Assembly: GCF_000143415.4 (NCBI RefSeq)
Contig: NW_003314349.1
Coordinates: forward strand, 9,172-73,171
Length of the DNA: 64,000 nucleotides
Direction: 5' to 3'
DNA from: Selaginella moellendorffii
Taxonomy: Eukaryota > Plantae > Lycopodiophyta
The notes beneath the pieces were generated by a model. It saw nothing but the letters and a program-made list of their open reading frames with translations. It made no database searches and had not been told where the DNA came from. This document shows, one piece after another, positions 36,011 to 47,619 of this stretch. Each line of letters starts with the position of its first letter. Within the stretch, counting starts at the first letter, position 1. A program made the position numbers and the translations under genes.

Positions 36011-39000
36011 CGCCCTGGTAAAGTACGAAAGTAAAACTGTGCTGCCGGCGGTATGAGGACAGGGTGGGTGCGGACATCTTGATACTGCACAGCGCCCACA
36101 AGCCCGTAATTTGCAATCGCGGCTTGATCGTTTGTAGCTAGTATTCGTGGCGCAAATGGAAGTGAATATTTAAAAAAGACTCTTCGTTCCACAGAATGCT
36201 ACTGGATCGATCTTCTGATGTTCAGTCACAGAAGAAGAAAACAAATAAAACGTCATCTGGATTGCATTACTTCAAACGCTTCCCTTATCAGTTTACCTCC
36301 GCGGAGCTGCAAGGGAAGATTTTTATATAGCAATTTCTCCTCAGTGGCAGCCACTCTGGAAGTTTTTGCAGAAGGTTTAGATTCGTCCTCGGATATGAGT
36401 AAAAGATCGCCCATTATGTGTGCAACGCATAGAAAGAAAAATATAAAGAGTACCTTGATGCCAGTGCTGATCCACGTACTTGTGACTCCGTTATCACTAT
36501 TCACGAGCTCCGGCAATTTAATGCTTGCTAGTGTTTGATGCGCTCAGGGTCAGATCACTCGAATTTCTTGTGTGAAGGTCTCATGCATGAGATTTAGGAA
36601 AACTAGAGTATATACTTTTTCTGAAACTTTAGACAGCTTGAGGACACTGTGGAAGCAGTGTTCCCAAAACTCCTAGCCAGTGTCAGTCACGGCCTTCTTC
36701 CACACCAGCCTCCACTCCAGATGGTCTTGAGGTCCGATCCAGGAAAGCGCTCTTGTCAACAAAGGAAAGCGCTTTCCATGCCAAGTATTGTATATGCATC
36801 CCCTGTGTTTATATTCCTTGGTTGATCATATTCTATGCTTGAAGTGTACCAATCATAATTGGAGTGCCTTGAGTGCCAAAACGTGCTGCAAGCTCGCATT
36901 TTCCAAATAAAACAGACGTTTAGTATCTTTGAATCAGATTAACAAGTCAAAAGAGATTAAGAAACTGTACATATATATACATACTTTATATATACCCCTA
37001 TGAGTAGAAGAGTAATTTTACAGCCTAAACCACAACATTACAGTCCTACAAAGATCAAAAGAAGTTATGGAAGTTGTAAGTTATTAATTAGTTATAAAAG
37101 CTCACTAGACTCAATGTTCAAGCTCAAAATTTACTATTATAAGATGGACAGTATCAAGAACAACTATTGATCAAGAACTCTATGTTACAGTAATGCCCTT
37201 AGAATCTCTTAGATAAGCATACCATCCTTTATCACATAATTAATGATAAATTTGAACTATCAAACATTGTTGTCCATTAAAGAATTTGTTAATAATATTT
37301 TTTTAGTTATACTTTACAGAATGGTAAAATGTTTAGTAAATTCTTGGCATTTCATTCTAAGAAAGTGTTTTAATGTTCATAAAAAGATTTGTTAAGACAC
37401 TTTTTCAGATAAAATTTATTATAGCTTACCATTCAATATACCCATATAAAGCATAATTAAAAAATAATTTGACAAATACTTTCATGAATAATAATATCCT
37501 ACAAGCTGAATTCATTATAAACTATATAACAAAAGATAAATAATATACTTCTCCTAAATACCTATAAAGCATAAAAAGATAAATAAAAATAATGAAATCC
37601 CATTTCTTTTACATTTGCAATTATGAACTTAAAGGGATTTGAAAGATTGAAGCACTACAACATAGCTAAAGTATATCATATCTTGAAATACTAGCATTCA
37701 TGAAGTTACTTTTTCTTAAAATGTTAACATATATGAAATTTTGGTTCCCACATATTATAGATCATTTCCATAAGATCACTACTGCATCAGGAAATTCAAA
37801 AATAAAAGGAATAAATAGCACCAAGTATGGTTAAAAGGAAGAAATAATGCCAAGAATGATTATGAAGAACTTTATTTTTCAATTAAACCTTATGTGAATA
37901 TAAAAATTATTGAAAATTGCAACAAAATGTTTTGCAATTAGATTAGATTTATTACTAGAAGTTTAAGTAGTTGAAAATTACAATTTGTGAGCACATGGAA
38001 GGTTCAAACTCAAATTAATAATAAATACCAAAATTTCATTTGTAAAGTTTATAAATACATATATGTATATACATGCTAAGTAATACACTAATTATAGTAA
38101 TATAACATATGGATTGTCTATTTAAAACTAAATTTGATCTATCCATTCTTATGTATAAGTAGAGGTCTAAACCCCAATTTATATATGTATTCCTATACCT
38201 TGAACACTCACATTAGTGGAGGTGAGGGGTATTGCAATTTGTCTCTAAAAGGCAAATTTTTTAACAGTCCTTTGCTTTAGTGTTTGGGATTGTGTTTTTT
38301 GTTTTTATTTCTTCATTCTCTTTTAAATTTAGATTTGTATTAGTTTTTTGCAAGATTTAGAACTCTACTTATTGTTATATTTAGATTTATTTTTTCTTTT
38401 GATCTTTATTGCATTCTCTTCTTTTACCATATCACGCCATCAGTGATTAGTGAGTATGCTATTTAAAACTACTAATGTTGTTTCGTTAGATCAAACTTTT
38501 GGTGCTATGGGGTGTGCTCATGTTGGTGTTACACTCATTTTTGGTATATTGCCATTTTTTATTTCCATAGGATGTGATTACACAACTTATTCTTTTCTTA
38601 GTGTTTTGCCATCTCCTATTAATGTGGAGTGTGGTCATAATATCAATTGGCAAACTATGGATGATGTAATTTAGTTCTTAAAGAATGTTTGAGGATCAAG
38701 TTTATGGGAAAACAATGTATATGACTTTGAGCAGATTCTAGATTGTGATGACTAAACTTAATCATTATGGAAATATAAATTTAGAGATGAAGTGGAAATT
38801 TCACAAGGTAAGTATCAATCCTTCAATCTATCATTTGATCCTTTCTTTTTACTTTTTACTATTTCCTAATTTTTTCTTATTTCTCAATCTAAGCCACCTT
38901 CCCATATTCCTAGTATTTCTTCCTCATTTACAGTGTTTTCTTCTCTTGGCATATTGATTATTTATAACTTTGATAATTTTCATTCTCAATTTAGTGTTGA

Positions 39001-40254
39001 GTTAAGTGTTTTCTATCCTCCTCATACTAATCTCGATGTTGAGTATGTATATAAAGTTGAGAATTTTATTTTTGTTTCATTAGTAGAGTCTTTGATCAGT
39101 TTTAGTGTTGAGTATTCCCTTATTCTAAGGGTTGAGTCACTTTGGTTAGAATTCAAGTTGAATACATATCCCCACTTATGAGTGTCGTTGAAAAATTTTG
39201 TTTTACCGTTATTACTGGGGAATTTATATATATTCCTTTAAGAATATGGATGTTGTTATTGATTTTTATGTTTCAAGTGTTAAATTGTGTGTTAAGGAGG
39301 TTGAGTGGTGTGAATTTTCTGTTTATATTATAATGGTTGGAGTATTTTATGATGTGAAGTCTCTTATTTTCCAAGATTTGAGTACATGTTTTTCTTTTGA
39401 TTTCCCTATTTTTGCATTGTTAATTGCTGAAAATTCTTCTTCCAATGCTTCTTTATCCATTTTTTTTTCTTTCACAATTAGTTTTCCTCAATTTTTTTGT
39501 TTTTTCCTTTATGGCTTGACACTTCAAACTTTTTTTCTTCGGAGGAAGGGTTAGATAGGACAGATGGGAGTCTGACCCTGACAATGAAGTGAGGATGAGC
39601 AAATACAGCAGTGGAGCGAGAATGAACAACATAAATTGTGGAGTGAGGATGAGTATAGTGAGTCCAAATGCATCCAACCCTGATGCAGTGAGGTTAAACA
39701 GAGAGTGAAGTTAAACATAGATAACAAAATGAGGATGAGCACTACAAATTCAAACAAAGCTAGTGTTTTAGATTTATTTTTCCTTTAAGAAAGAGATAAG
39801 GAAGATATGGAGGAATGAGTTTAACCTCCTATGTGCAATGCTAAATGAGGACAATAATTTTACTTATGGTTTTAAATATGAGTTAATAGTGGTCTTAGAA
39901 GATCATTTACAAAGTAGACTTAATGATGGGATGTATTGTTTGTTGCAATGGTGTTTTATAGATTGTAATAGCTCTTAAAGTCCCTTGTTTTAGTTCAAAA
40001 TTATGGTTGCATGGTTAATTTGAGCATTTGGGAATTATATATAGAGTTGCAATTGATTCATTGGGATTTTGTAATTAGGTAATGTTTATGCCATAGCTTT
40101 GGGTTTTATTTCATAGTTATTAACAACTTTGTTGGTGGTTTTTTAAGAACTTCAAATTCTTATAGTAATTTATAATCACCTAACAGAAGTTTTAAATATT
40201 TCATCTGATTCATCACCTTTTCATTTTCCAAAGGGGAGGATGGTGTAAAGTTTG

Positions 40255-40423
<169 letters not shown>

Positions 40424-40874
40424 ATCTATAGAGCACCCCGAGATATATACACCCCTATATATATGAAAAAAATATAATAGACCATGTATCGCGGGGGGGG
40501 GGGGACCCCGGGGAGACACGCGCCCCCCGCGCGAGTCTGTGAGAGGCCAGCCCACGGAGAGGGGGGAGCNNNNNNNNNNNNNNNNNNNNNNNNNNNNNNN
40601 NNNNNNNNNNNNNNNNNNNNNNNNNNNNNNNNNNNNNNNNNNNNNNNNNNNNNNNNNNNNNNNNNNNNNNNNNNAGGAGCGAGTGCGGCGCATCCTCTCG
40701 CATTCCGGGCGATGACGGAGGACGAGCTGCCAGGGCGGCGACGGCGATAATGCGTGTAGCAACAGTGAAAGCGAGGGAATCGCTGGCGAATCCTTCGACG
40801 CCACCGCCTCTTCCCTAAATGCGGGTCAATGGCGAGCCAGCAGCGATGGGGGCGTAGGTGAGATTTTCCCCAGA

Positions 40875-41927
40875 ATGGCGCACCAAGCCCTTCCTCCTTC
40901 TCCTCCCAATCCCTTGGAAGATCGCCAGAATTCTCCCAGCGCCGCCGCCACCGAGTGGCCGGAGAAGGCAAATTTCGGAGACTCCGGGCTGGCGAAATCT
41001 ATCGCGAGCTCCATCGCGTCTAGAAGCTGGGGATCACCGCGGCAGCAGCAGCAGCGCGATTGGCCGGTGGCCGACGATTGCATATTTTGCAAGATCGTCC
41101 ACGGCTATTCCCCGGCATTCAAGGTACTGTGATCTCTCATGGATGTTCTTCGTAGATTTTTTATTTTTTTTCTTTCTCTTTGGCAGCTCTACGAGGACGA
41201 CTTTTGCGTGTGCATTCTCGACATAAATCCACTGTGCTATGGGTATGAGAAACTTTGTTCTTGGTTCTAGAAACTCTGTCTAGATCTTATCATCGTCTCT
41301 TCCAGGCACTCTCTACTCGTTCCCAAGGGTCATTTCCCGGCACTGGATGCTACTCCTCCAACGGTAAGCATCCATTGTTTCGAGCTAAGACTTCTTCTCA
41401 AACGCTAACGCTTGGAGGATTTCTTTCTTTTTTCTTTGTCACATTCTCGCTTGCTTGTAGGTAGCGGCGGCCATGTGTAGTGTCGTGCCTTTGCTGAGCA
41501 ACGCGATCATGGGAGCGACTTCTTGTGGTAGGCTTTCTCCTTAAGTTATTTCTTTGTCAAGTTTGTCCGAGAGTCTATATAGTTTCTTACTGCTCACAGC
41601 TTCCAGATTCTTTCAATATGGTCGTCAACAATGGTGAGGCTGCCGGCCAAGTCGTGTTTCATGTAAGTGTGACGATTTCTACTTCCTTTTTTCTGGGAGT
41701 TTTCTAAGAGACAACGCTTTACAGACTCACTTCCACATTGTCCCGAGGTTCTCCGGAGATGGGCTATGGACAAACGAGGTACTTAAACGAGATTTCCTAT
41801 AAGTTCTATGAGCTTGACTTGATGCATTTGCTCCCAGAGTGTGGTGCGCAGGCCACTGTCGACGTTCAAGGATCCCACTCAGCTCACACTCGCTGTGCGA
41901 TCCATCCTGAGGAACAACGAGTCGTGA
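40875..41927 (+). CDS. HINT3: HIT-family protein (HINT3-like nucleotide hydrolase), multi-exon; start codon uncertain
   Basis: Spliced: DCIFCKIVHGYSPAFK/LYEDDFCVCILDINPLCYG/HSLLVPKGHF.../DSFNMVVNNGEAAGQVVFH/THFHIVPR, giving histidine triad HTHFH. GT-AG introns, stop TGA at 41925-41927. Confidence 0.85.
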
Positions 41928-42509
41928 AAGCTAAGAATCTCTGGCAAGGTTTGTGTACTATTTCTTCGTGATACGCCCCTGGTCTATACAGAAATTCATC
42001 GCAGATTTGTATTCTTGTTCCTCTCGTTTGTTGGCGCGTCTGTGTCGCAAAGCTTGGCTGTCTGCATCGAGACTGATTGAAGTATCTCTTTCACTGCCAC
42101 TGTTCGTTGATCTTAAGTTTCCAGCTATGGCCATTCTCTTTTATCCTTGTTCCTTACAGGCGAAGGACGAAGGGTTGTCTTGGTCGAGACTGGACTGCCT
42201 GTTCTTTGTTTTTCTCCCCCTCTTTTTGTTCTTCTGGATGGTTGGAGCTGTAAAGTTTTGGAGAAACACTTGGCAAACACTTGAAAATCGTGGTCAAAAG
42301 AAATAAAGAGATGGCAGCTTTTATGTTGGCAAGTCTAAAGCGCTGGAAGAAGAAAATGAAAAGATGAAATGTTAAGTCTAAGATTCGGGTCGCCAACTTT
42401 CTATCCGAGGTAAATGTATGGATCAATATATATCTTGTAGCATACATTCCTGACAATCTCAGACTAATCTTTTTGAGAAGATCAAGAAGGAGAAAAGACT
42501 AAAATAAAA

Positions 42510-42557
42510 GGCTGGAGACTTTCAGCGTGTTAGATTGACGTGAGGACAATTACACTA
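42510..42557 (-). pseudogene. Decayed tRNA-Val(AAC) copy lacking most of the T arm
   Basis: Reverse complement TAGTGTAATTGTCCTCACGTCAATCTAACACGCTGAAAGTCTCCAGCC, followed by the same 3' flank (TATTTTAGTCTTTT) as the intact gene. Confidence 0.75.
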
Positions 42558-42792
42558 ACTCCAATTAACTAACTAGCATTACTGAAGGGAGTTTTTGCTT
42601 TCAAAGGTTGGAGGCTTCCTCCAATCTTCATATCCAAACACTGTGCTCAAAATAAATAAAGAGAGTGCAACTTTTATATTGGAAAGTCGAAAGCGCTGGA
42701 AGAAGAAAATGAAAAGGTGACATCTAATTCTAAGATTCCGGAGCCAACTTTCCTCTATGAAAATGTATGTATCGTAGTAAATATCTATCTAA

Positions 42793-42866
42793 GGTTTCAT
42801 GGTGTAGTTGGTCATCACGTCAGTCTAACACACTGAAGGTCTCCAGTTCAAACCTGGATGAAGCCA
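42793..42866 (+). tRNA. tRNA-Val(AAC)
   Basis: Acceptor GGTTTCA/TGAAGCC, anticodon loop CTAACAC, T arm TCCAG-TTCAAAC-CTGGA, downstream T runs. Confidence 0.93.
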
Positions 42867-43309
42867 TTTATTTTAGTCTTTTCTTAAGGTTATAAGTCAA
42901 GAAGAACCTTCTATAATTAACTACATGAAACACTACTTCAAGATGAGGCATACCTTAGACGTTGATCATTCATGAGCGTTCCCTTGAAGTGCTTCCAGAA
43001 GAACTGAAACATCAAAGTTTGGGGAACTTCTAGTATAAATCGTAGTTGAGGCTGGACGCAGGCGAGATCCAGGTGGCTCGACCGATTCACTGGATCTCAC
43101 ACTTACCAAGTTTGAAGTTTCCCAAGGATCATTGAGATGTTTCCATTGCATCTAACTAAAATCAACGAAATTTAACGATTCATTAACATAATACTGCTGA
43201 GACCTCGTTTCGTCACAGCTTCGTGCTCTCTGTGAGAAACATGGAATAAAAAACTAATGCTCAACATCCATTAAACTTCTATTGCTTCTTGAGTTTATAA
43301 TTTGGGGGG

Positions 43310-43502
43310 TTGGGTTGTGCCAGGCTAAGGCGGTAGTGTAAGGCCAAAGCGACACGTGGAGAGCCGGGTAGCAAGCTACCGGTGGCCCTCCTCCCACAAA
43401 AAATTAGGTTAATAGCGTTGGGACACGTGGTCCCATATCAGCTATTAAACTGATAAGAACAGATACTACACTTGATCTTAGCCAAAAGGCCGAGAAAGGT
43501 AT
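43310..43502 (-). ncRNA. U2: U2 snRNA
   Basis: Minus strand begins ATACCTTTCTCGGCCTTTTGGCTAAGATCAAGTGTAGTATCTGTTC, with branch-pairing GTAGTA and Sm site AATTTTTTG. Confidence 0.96.
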
Positions 43503-43525
43503 GAGTTTTCTTTGCCCAGCCCTCT

Positions 43526-43575
43526 GTTTATATACTCAAGCCCCGGCACGATTCTGCGCCTTCGCATGTGGGATA
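43526..43575 (-). promoter_or_regulatory. Plant snRNA promoter: USE (TCCCACATG) plus TATA box
   Basis: TCCCACATGC about 70 nt and TATATAAA about 30 nt upstream of U2 +1. Confidence 0.88.
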
Positions 43576-43817
43576 GGGCGCACGCTTATGTTGCCCTAAT
43601 AAAGAACCCTATGGTCTCCAGTTCGAACCTGGAGAAAGCCAATATACTTTTTATCTTTTCTCAAGAATGTAGATGCAAGCTACGAAGAACTGGATCATGA
43701 GATCGTTCTGGAGGATCTTCTCAAGCGTCTAGAAGTTAGATCGAGCTCTTGTGTCAAAAGCTAATCATAGAGTTTAAGATTGTCACGACTGTTTCTTACA
43801 TGACACTAGAGAATGTA

Positions 43818-44251
43818 TCATGTAGTAGCGGACGATCTCTGCGCGCTTAGATAGTTCGTCGCCATACCCATCACCACAAACCTACAAACGAGCGAGTAGA
43901 ATCAGTAACAGAGAAACAGAGAGAAAATCCACAAACTCACGCCAGTGCCATGACCACTTGCTTGAGATCGTTCTCCAAATTCTTCATGTTCGCGAGCGAT
44001 TGCGCGCAAAAAATGAGGGCAAGCCACGATCCGATCTTGTTCTACACCAGATCTATGAGCTCCAGCTCCAAAATCCAAGCTCAAAATCAACTCACCCGGA
44101 GCATGATGCCGAGAATTCCAAACATCACCGCCAGCAAGCTCGAGTAATCCGGAGGAAGATCCTGCGGAAGCACCACCGGCGGGACATACGGCCGGGCCGC
44201 CGACGGCAGGCGCGGATCCGATGGAAGCGCTCCTCCCACGCCTTTGCTCAT
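43818..44251 (-). CDS. Protein Asterix (PAT complex subunit, UPF0139/WDR83OS family), 3 exons; missed by the ORF track
   Basis: MSKGVGGALPSDPRLPSAARPYVPP...PDYSSLLAVMFGILGIMLR/NKIGSWLALIFCAQSLANMKNLENDLKQVVMALA/FVVMGMATNYL...stop, with GT-AG introns. Confidence 0.9.
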
Positions 44252-44306
44252 GAACCCTAAATTAAAATATTTGTCCCTATCCAGGCCCTAATTTTTAGAG
44301 AGCGCC

Positions 44307-45058
44307 ATGGGATTCAAGGATGAGCACTCCTTCGGTAAGTCGATTTCGCGGATTTTCTCCATTCTCTCTGTGATTCCTTCCTCCGAATAGATAGCAGACT
44401 CGCCGAATCGTCGAAAATTCGACAGAAGTACGCTGATAGGATTCCGGTAAGTCCAAATCTTCCTTTTCCTTCGGATTTTCTTCGAATTTTTGGGGTGATC
44501 TTGGGCTTTTCTTGTAGGTGATCGTGGAGAAAGCTCCGAGATCCAACTTACCAGCCATGGACAAGCCCAAGTAAGTACTCCATCGCTCAAGCTCCCAATT
44601 TTCTCTTGAATCTTTTCCTAGCCTTTCTACAGCTCCATTCCAACAGTTCTTCCCAATCTCATCAAAATAAAATTTTTCCATCTCCATCTCTCGAGCTCTC
44701 GAGCTCTCCATCTCAATCTTTCGAGCTCCTTTCCTTCATTTCCACGATCTCGATTGACAAACTTTTCTTTTCTTTTGCAGATATCTCGTCCCCGCGGATC
44801 TGACTGTGGGGCAGCTCGTGTACATCATAAATCGCAGGCTCAGCTTGTCCCCAGGCCAGGCGCTCTTCATCTTCGTCGGAAAAGTATTGCCACAAACAGG
44901 TAATCTTCTCGCGGAAAAGCTTCTTGTTCTTGTTCCTAAAGCTCGAGTTCTTCCCAGGAGCCATGATGATGTCGATCTACAACGATTACAAGGACAAGGA
45001 TGGATTCTTATACGTAACTTACAGCGGGGAGGAAGTATTTGGAGGAGAAACCATATAA
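44307..45058 (+). CDS. ATG8: Autophagy-related protein 8, 5 exons
   Basis: [57 protein letters not shown]...ALFIFV...[12 protein letters not shown]...[19 protein letters not shown] stop. The conserved lipidation Gly is present. Confidence 0.95.
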
Positions 45059-45222
45059 AAGAAATCAAAGACAAACATTGTAAATGAAGAAATTTGTACA
45101 GATTTATATTGATCTTTGTGTTCATGTTATTGGTTTTGAGGTAGTGTCGTGTGGTTTAAGCAAAGTTTGGGGATTTCGTATAATGTACAAGGGCTTCTTT
45201 GTTGGAACGATTTTCGTCTTAC

Positions 45223-45294
45223 GGTCCCATAGTCTAGTGGTTACGACATTGGACTTTGAATCCAAGAGCCCGAGTTCGAATCTCGGTGGGACCT
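45223..45294 (+). tRNA. tRNA-Gln(TTG)
   Basis: Acceptor GGTCCCA/TGGGACC, anticodon arm TTGGA-CTTTGAA-TCCAA, T arm CCGAG-TTCGAAT-CTCGG. Confidence 0.93.
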
Positions 45295-45363
45295 TCTACT
45301 TTTCTACCTTTTGTTTTTTCTTAAGTTCTTTGGAGCTAGCTAGGGTTTTTGGAGGCGAGCACG

Positions 45364-47576
45364 ATGCATTGTCCGTTTGACGCGCGGATTCTCCTCATTT
45401 TCGGCGCGATCGCATTCCTCGTGCTCCAGGTGGGAAATCCCTGGCGGAGATTTCATAGATCCGTGGCTCACTCGGATTTGTGTTCGTGACAGATGCGTTT
45501 GTTTGCTACACAGTCGGATTATGCCGATCGCATTGCCGCAGCTGTGAGGAAGAAGAAATTCATGGTTTGCGATTGATGAGCTGAGCTGCTTGTGACAGGT
45601 TGAATCGGAGAATCGATGTATCAGTCAGCTAAAGGCTCTGATTGATCAAATAAGCTCACAGCAAGGAAGGATTGTCTCTTTGGAAGGTGCGTGCCAAACA
45701 CATTTTGTTGTTGAAACGAATGATTAAGTACGTCGTTTCTCTTAGAACAAAATAAGCGCCTTGATACGAAGGTTCTACAGCTCTCTACCAGAATTGTCGA
45801 CTTTGAAAGTAAGCTCTTGGTTCTTTCTTTTTCGTTTTCTTGTTCCTTATTGCTCGTTGATGTTGCAGATCAGGAGACGTCGTCCCATCTTACAAGCGCG
45901 CAGGTAGATGGAAGTGATTTTTCAGCTTTAAGCTTTTAACTTCTGAGTCTTTCTCAGCCTGTGGCAGCTGTGGTCGTGATGGCATGCAATCGCGCAGACT
46001 ATTTGGATCGAACAGTTCAATCTATTCTAAAGTATGTTGTTTGAGATATTTCTGGCCTCAACTCTTTTTTTTCCCCTTTACCAGATACCACAACTCTGTG
46101 TCAGCCAAGTTCCCTCTTTTCATCTCACAGGTATGGATTGCGTTCAGGGGGAAGGGACTTGTTTTTATAATGCTTCTGGCAGGATGGAACAGACCAGCAA
46201 GTTCGGCTGAAAGCTCGAAGTTTTCCGCAATTTACTTATATGCAGGTTTTGGTTAATGTGTGGTGTCCATCTATTTCCTTTTTAATTTCTTTTTCTTTTT
46301 CTTTTCAGCATTTGGACGATGAGCCAATACACACACAGAGTCCGGGAGAGATAATTGCCTACTATAAGATTGCGAGTATAGTGCGATGCTGCAGCACTTG
46401 TATGCTGACTTACTTCACTTTTTCACAGGACATTACAAGTGGGCACTGAGCCAGCTTTTTGATAGACATAGCTTCAGTCGAGTAATTATTCTGGAAGGTA
46501 ATTCATGCTTGCTTTTTCTAAAGAAACTTTACGGTGTTTCTTATAGATGACATGGAGCTTGCGCCCGACTTCTTTGACTACTTCGAAGCAACGGCTTCAT
46601 TACTGGATAAAGACAGGTAGAGTTTCGTGCTTTTATGCTGTTTGAATTCCTAATGTCCGATTAACATGGACAGTGGTTTTTTGAATAAAGCTCTCTCATT
46701 GCAGTTTCGTCTTGGAATGATAATGGACAGCGGCAATTTGTACAAGATCCAGGTGCGTTAGTTGCTTAAATCGCTCTAGTTTGAAGCCTATGAAATTTCT
46801 GTTAAAACAGAGGCTTTGTACCGATCGGATTTCTTTCCGGGTCTAGGATGGATGCTTAAAAAGTCTCTCTGGACCGAGCTTGCGCCCAAGTGGCCAAAGG
46901 CGTACTGGGATGATTGGCTAAGGCTCAATGAAACTCGTAAAGGGCGACAATTCATTCGACCGGAAGTCTGTCGGACGTACAACTTCGGAGAGCATGTAAG
47001 TTCTTTTGTTTCATTCTTCGTGAACCAAATACTTTCATGCAGGGATCCAGTTTCGGACAGTTTTTCAGGCAGTACCTAGAAACGATAAAGCTCAACGATG
47101 TTCAGGTAACTTCAACGTGGAAAAATCTCATGAACAACTGTCATTCTTGCAGGTGAACTGGAAAGAAGAAGATCTTACGTACCTCATGGAAGTATGCCAC
47201 TGTCACAGTAACCAATCTATATTGTTTTCCTTACACTTCTACTCGCAGGAGAATTATAAGAAGCATTTCGCTGAACTTGTCAGCAAGGCGGTGCCTGTTC
47301 CGGCGCTGGAAGCTGCAAAAGCTTATAACATAGACGGAGATGTGCGAATTGAGTACGATAGTCAGAGAACGTTTGAGGCCATTGCTCGTCAGTTTGGTAT
47401 ATTTCAGGAATGGAAGGTACGATGAGAACACTCCTTTCCAAAAAAGCTGATACTTTACATCGCAGGATGGTGTGCCGAGAACTGCGTACAAAGGCGTAGT
47501 TGTTTTCAGGTGGCAGACTTCACGCTATATATTCGTTATCGGGCCTCATTCTCTCAAGGACTTGGGCATAAACTAG
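45364..47576 (+). CDS. GNTI: N-acetylglucosaminyltransferase I (GT13, GnTI/CGL1), many small exons
   Basis: N-terminal TM segment; VAAVVVMACNRADYL; YYKIARHYKWAL; LE/DDMELAPDFFDYF; SSWNDNG; YRSDFFPGLGWML; YWDDWLR; RPEVCRTYNFG; DGVPRTAYKGVV; stop TAG at 47574-47576. Confidence 0.95.
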
Positions 47577-47619
47577 AGCTTAAGGTGGATTCAAATTTTG
47601 ACTCCTTGTTTATCATAGC

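Noticed and set aside
36900-40250. AT-rich ORFs and GAGTGAGGATGAG repeats
   Set aside because: Probably decayed transposon DNA, but no diagnostic motif, TIR or TSD was found.
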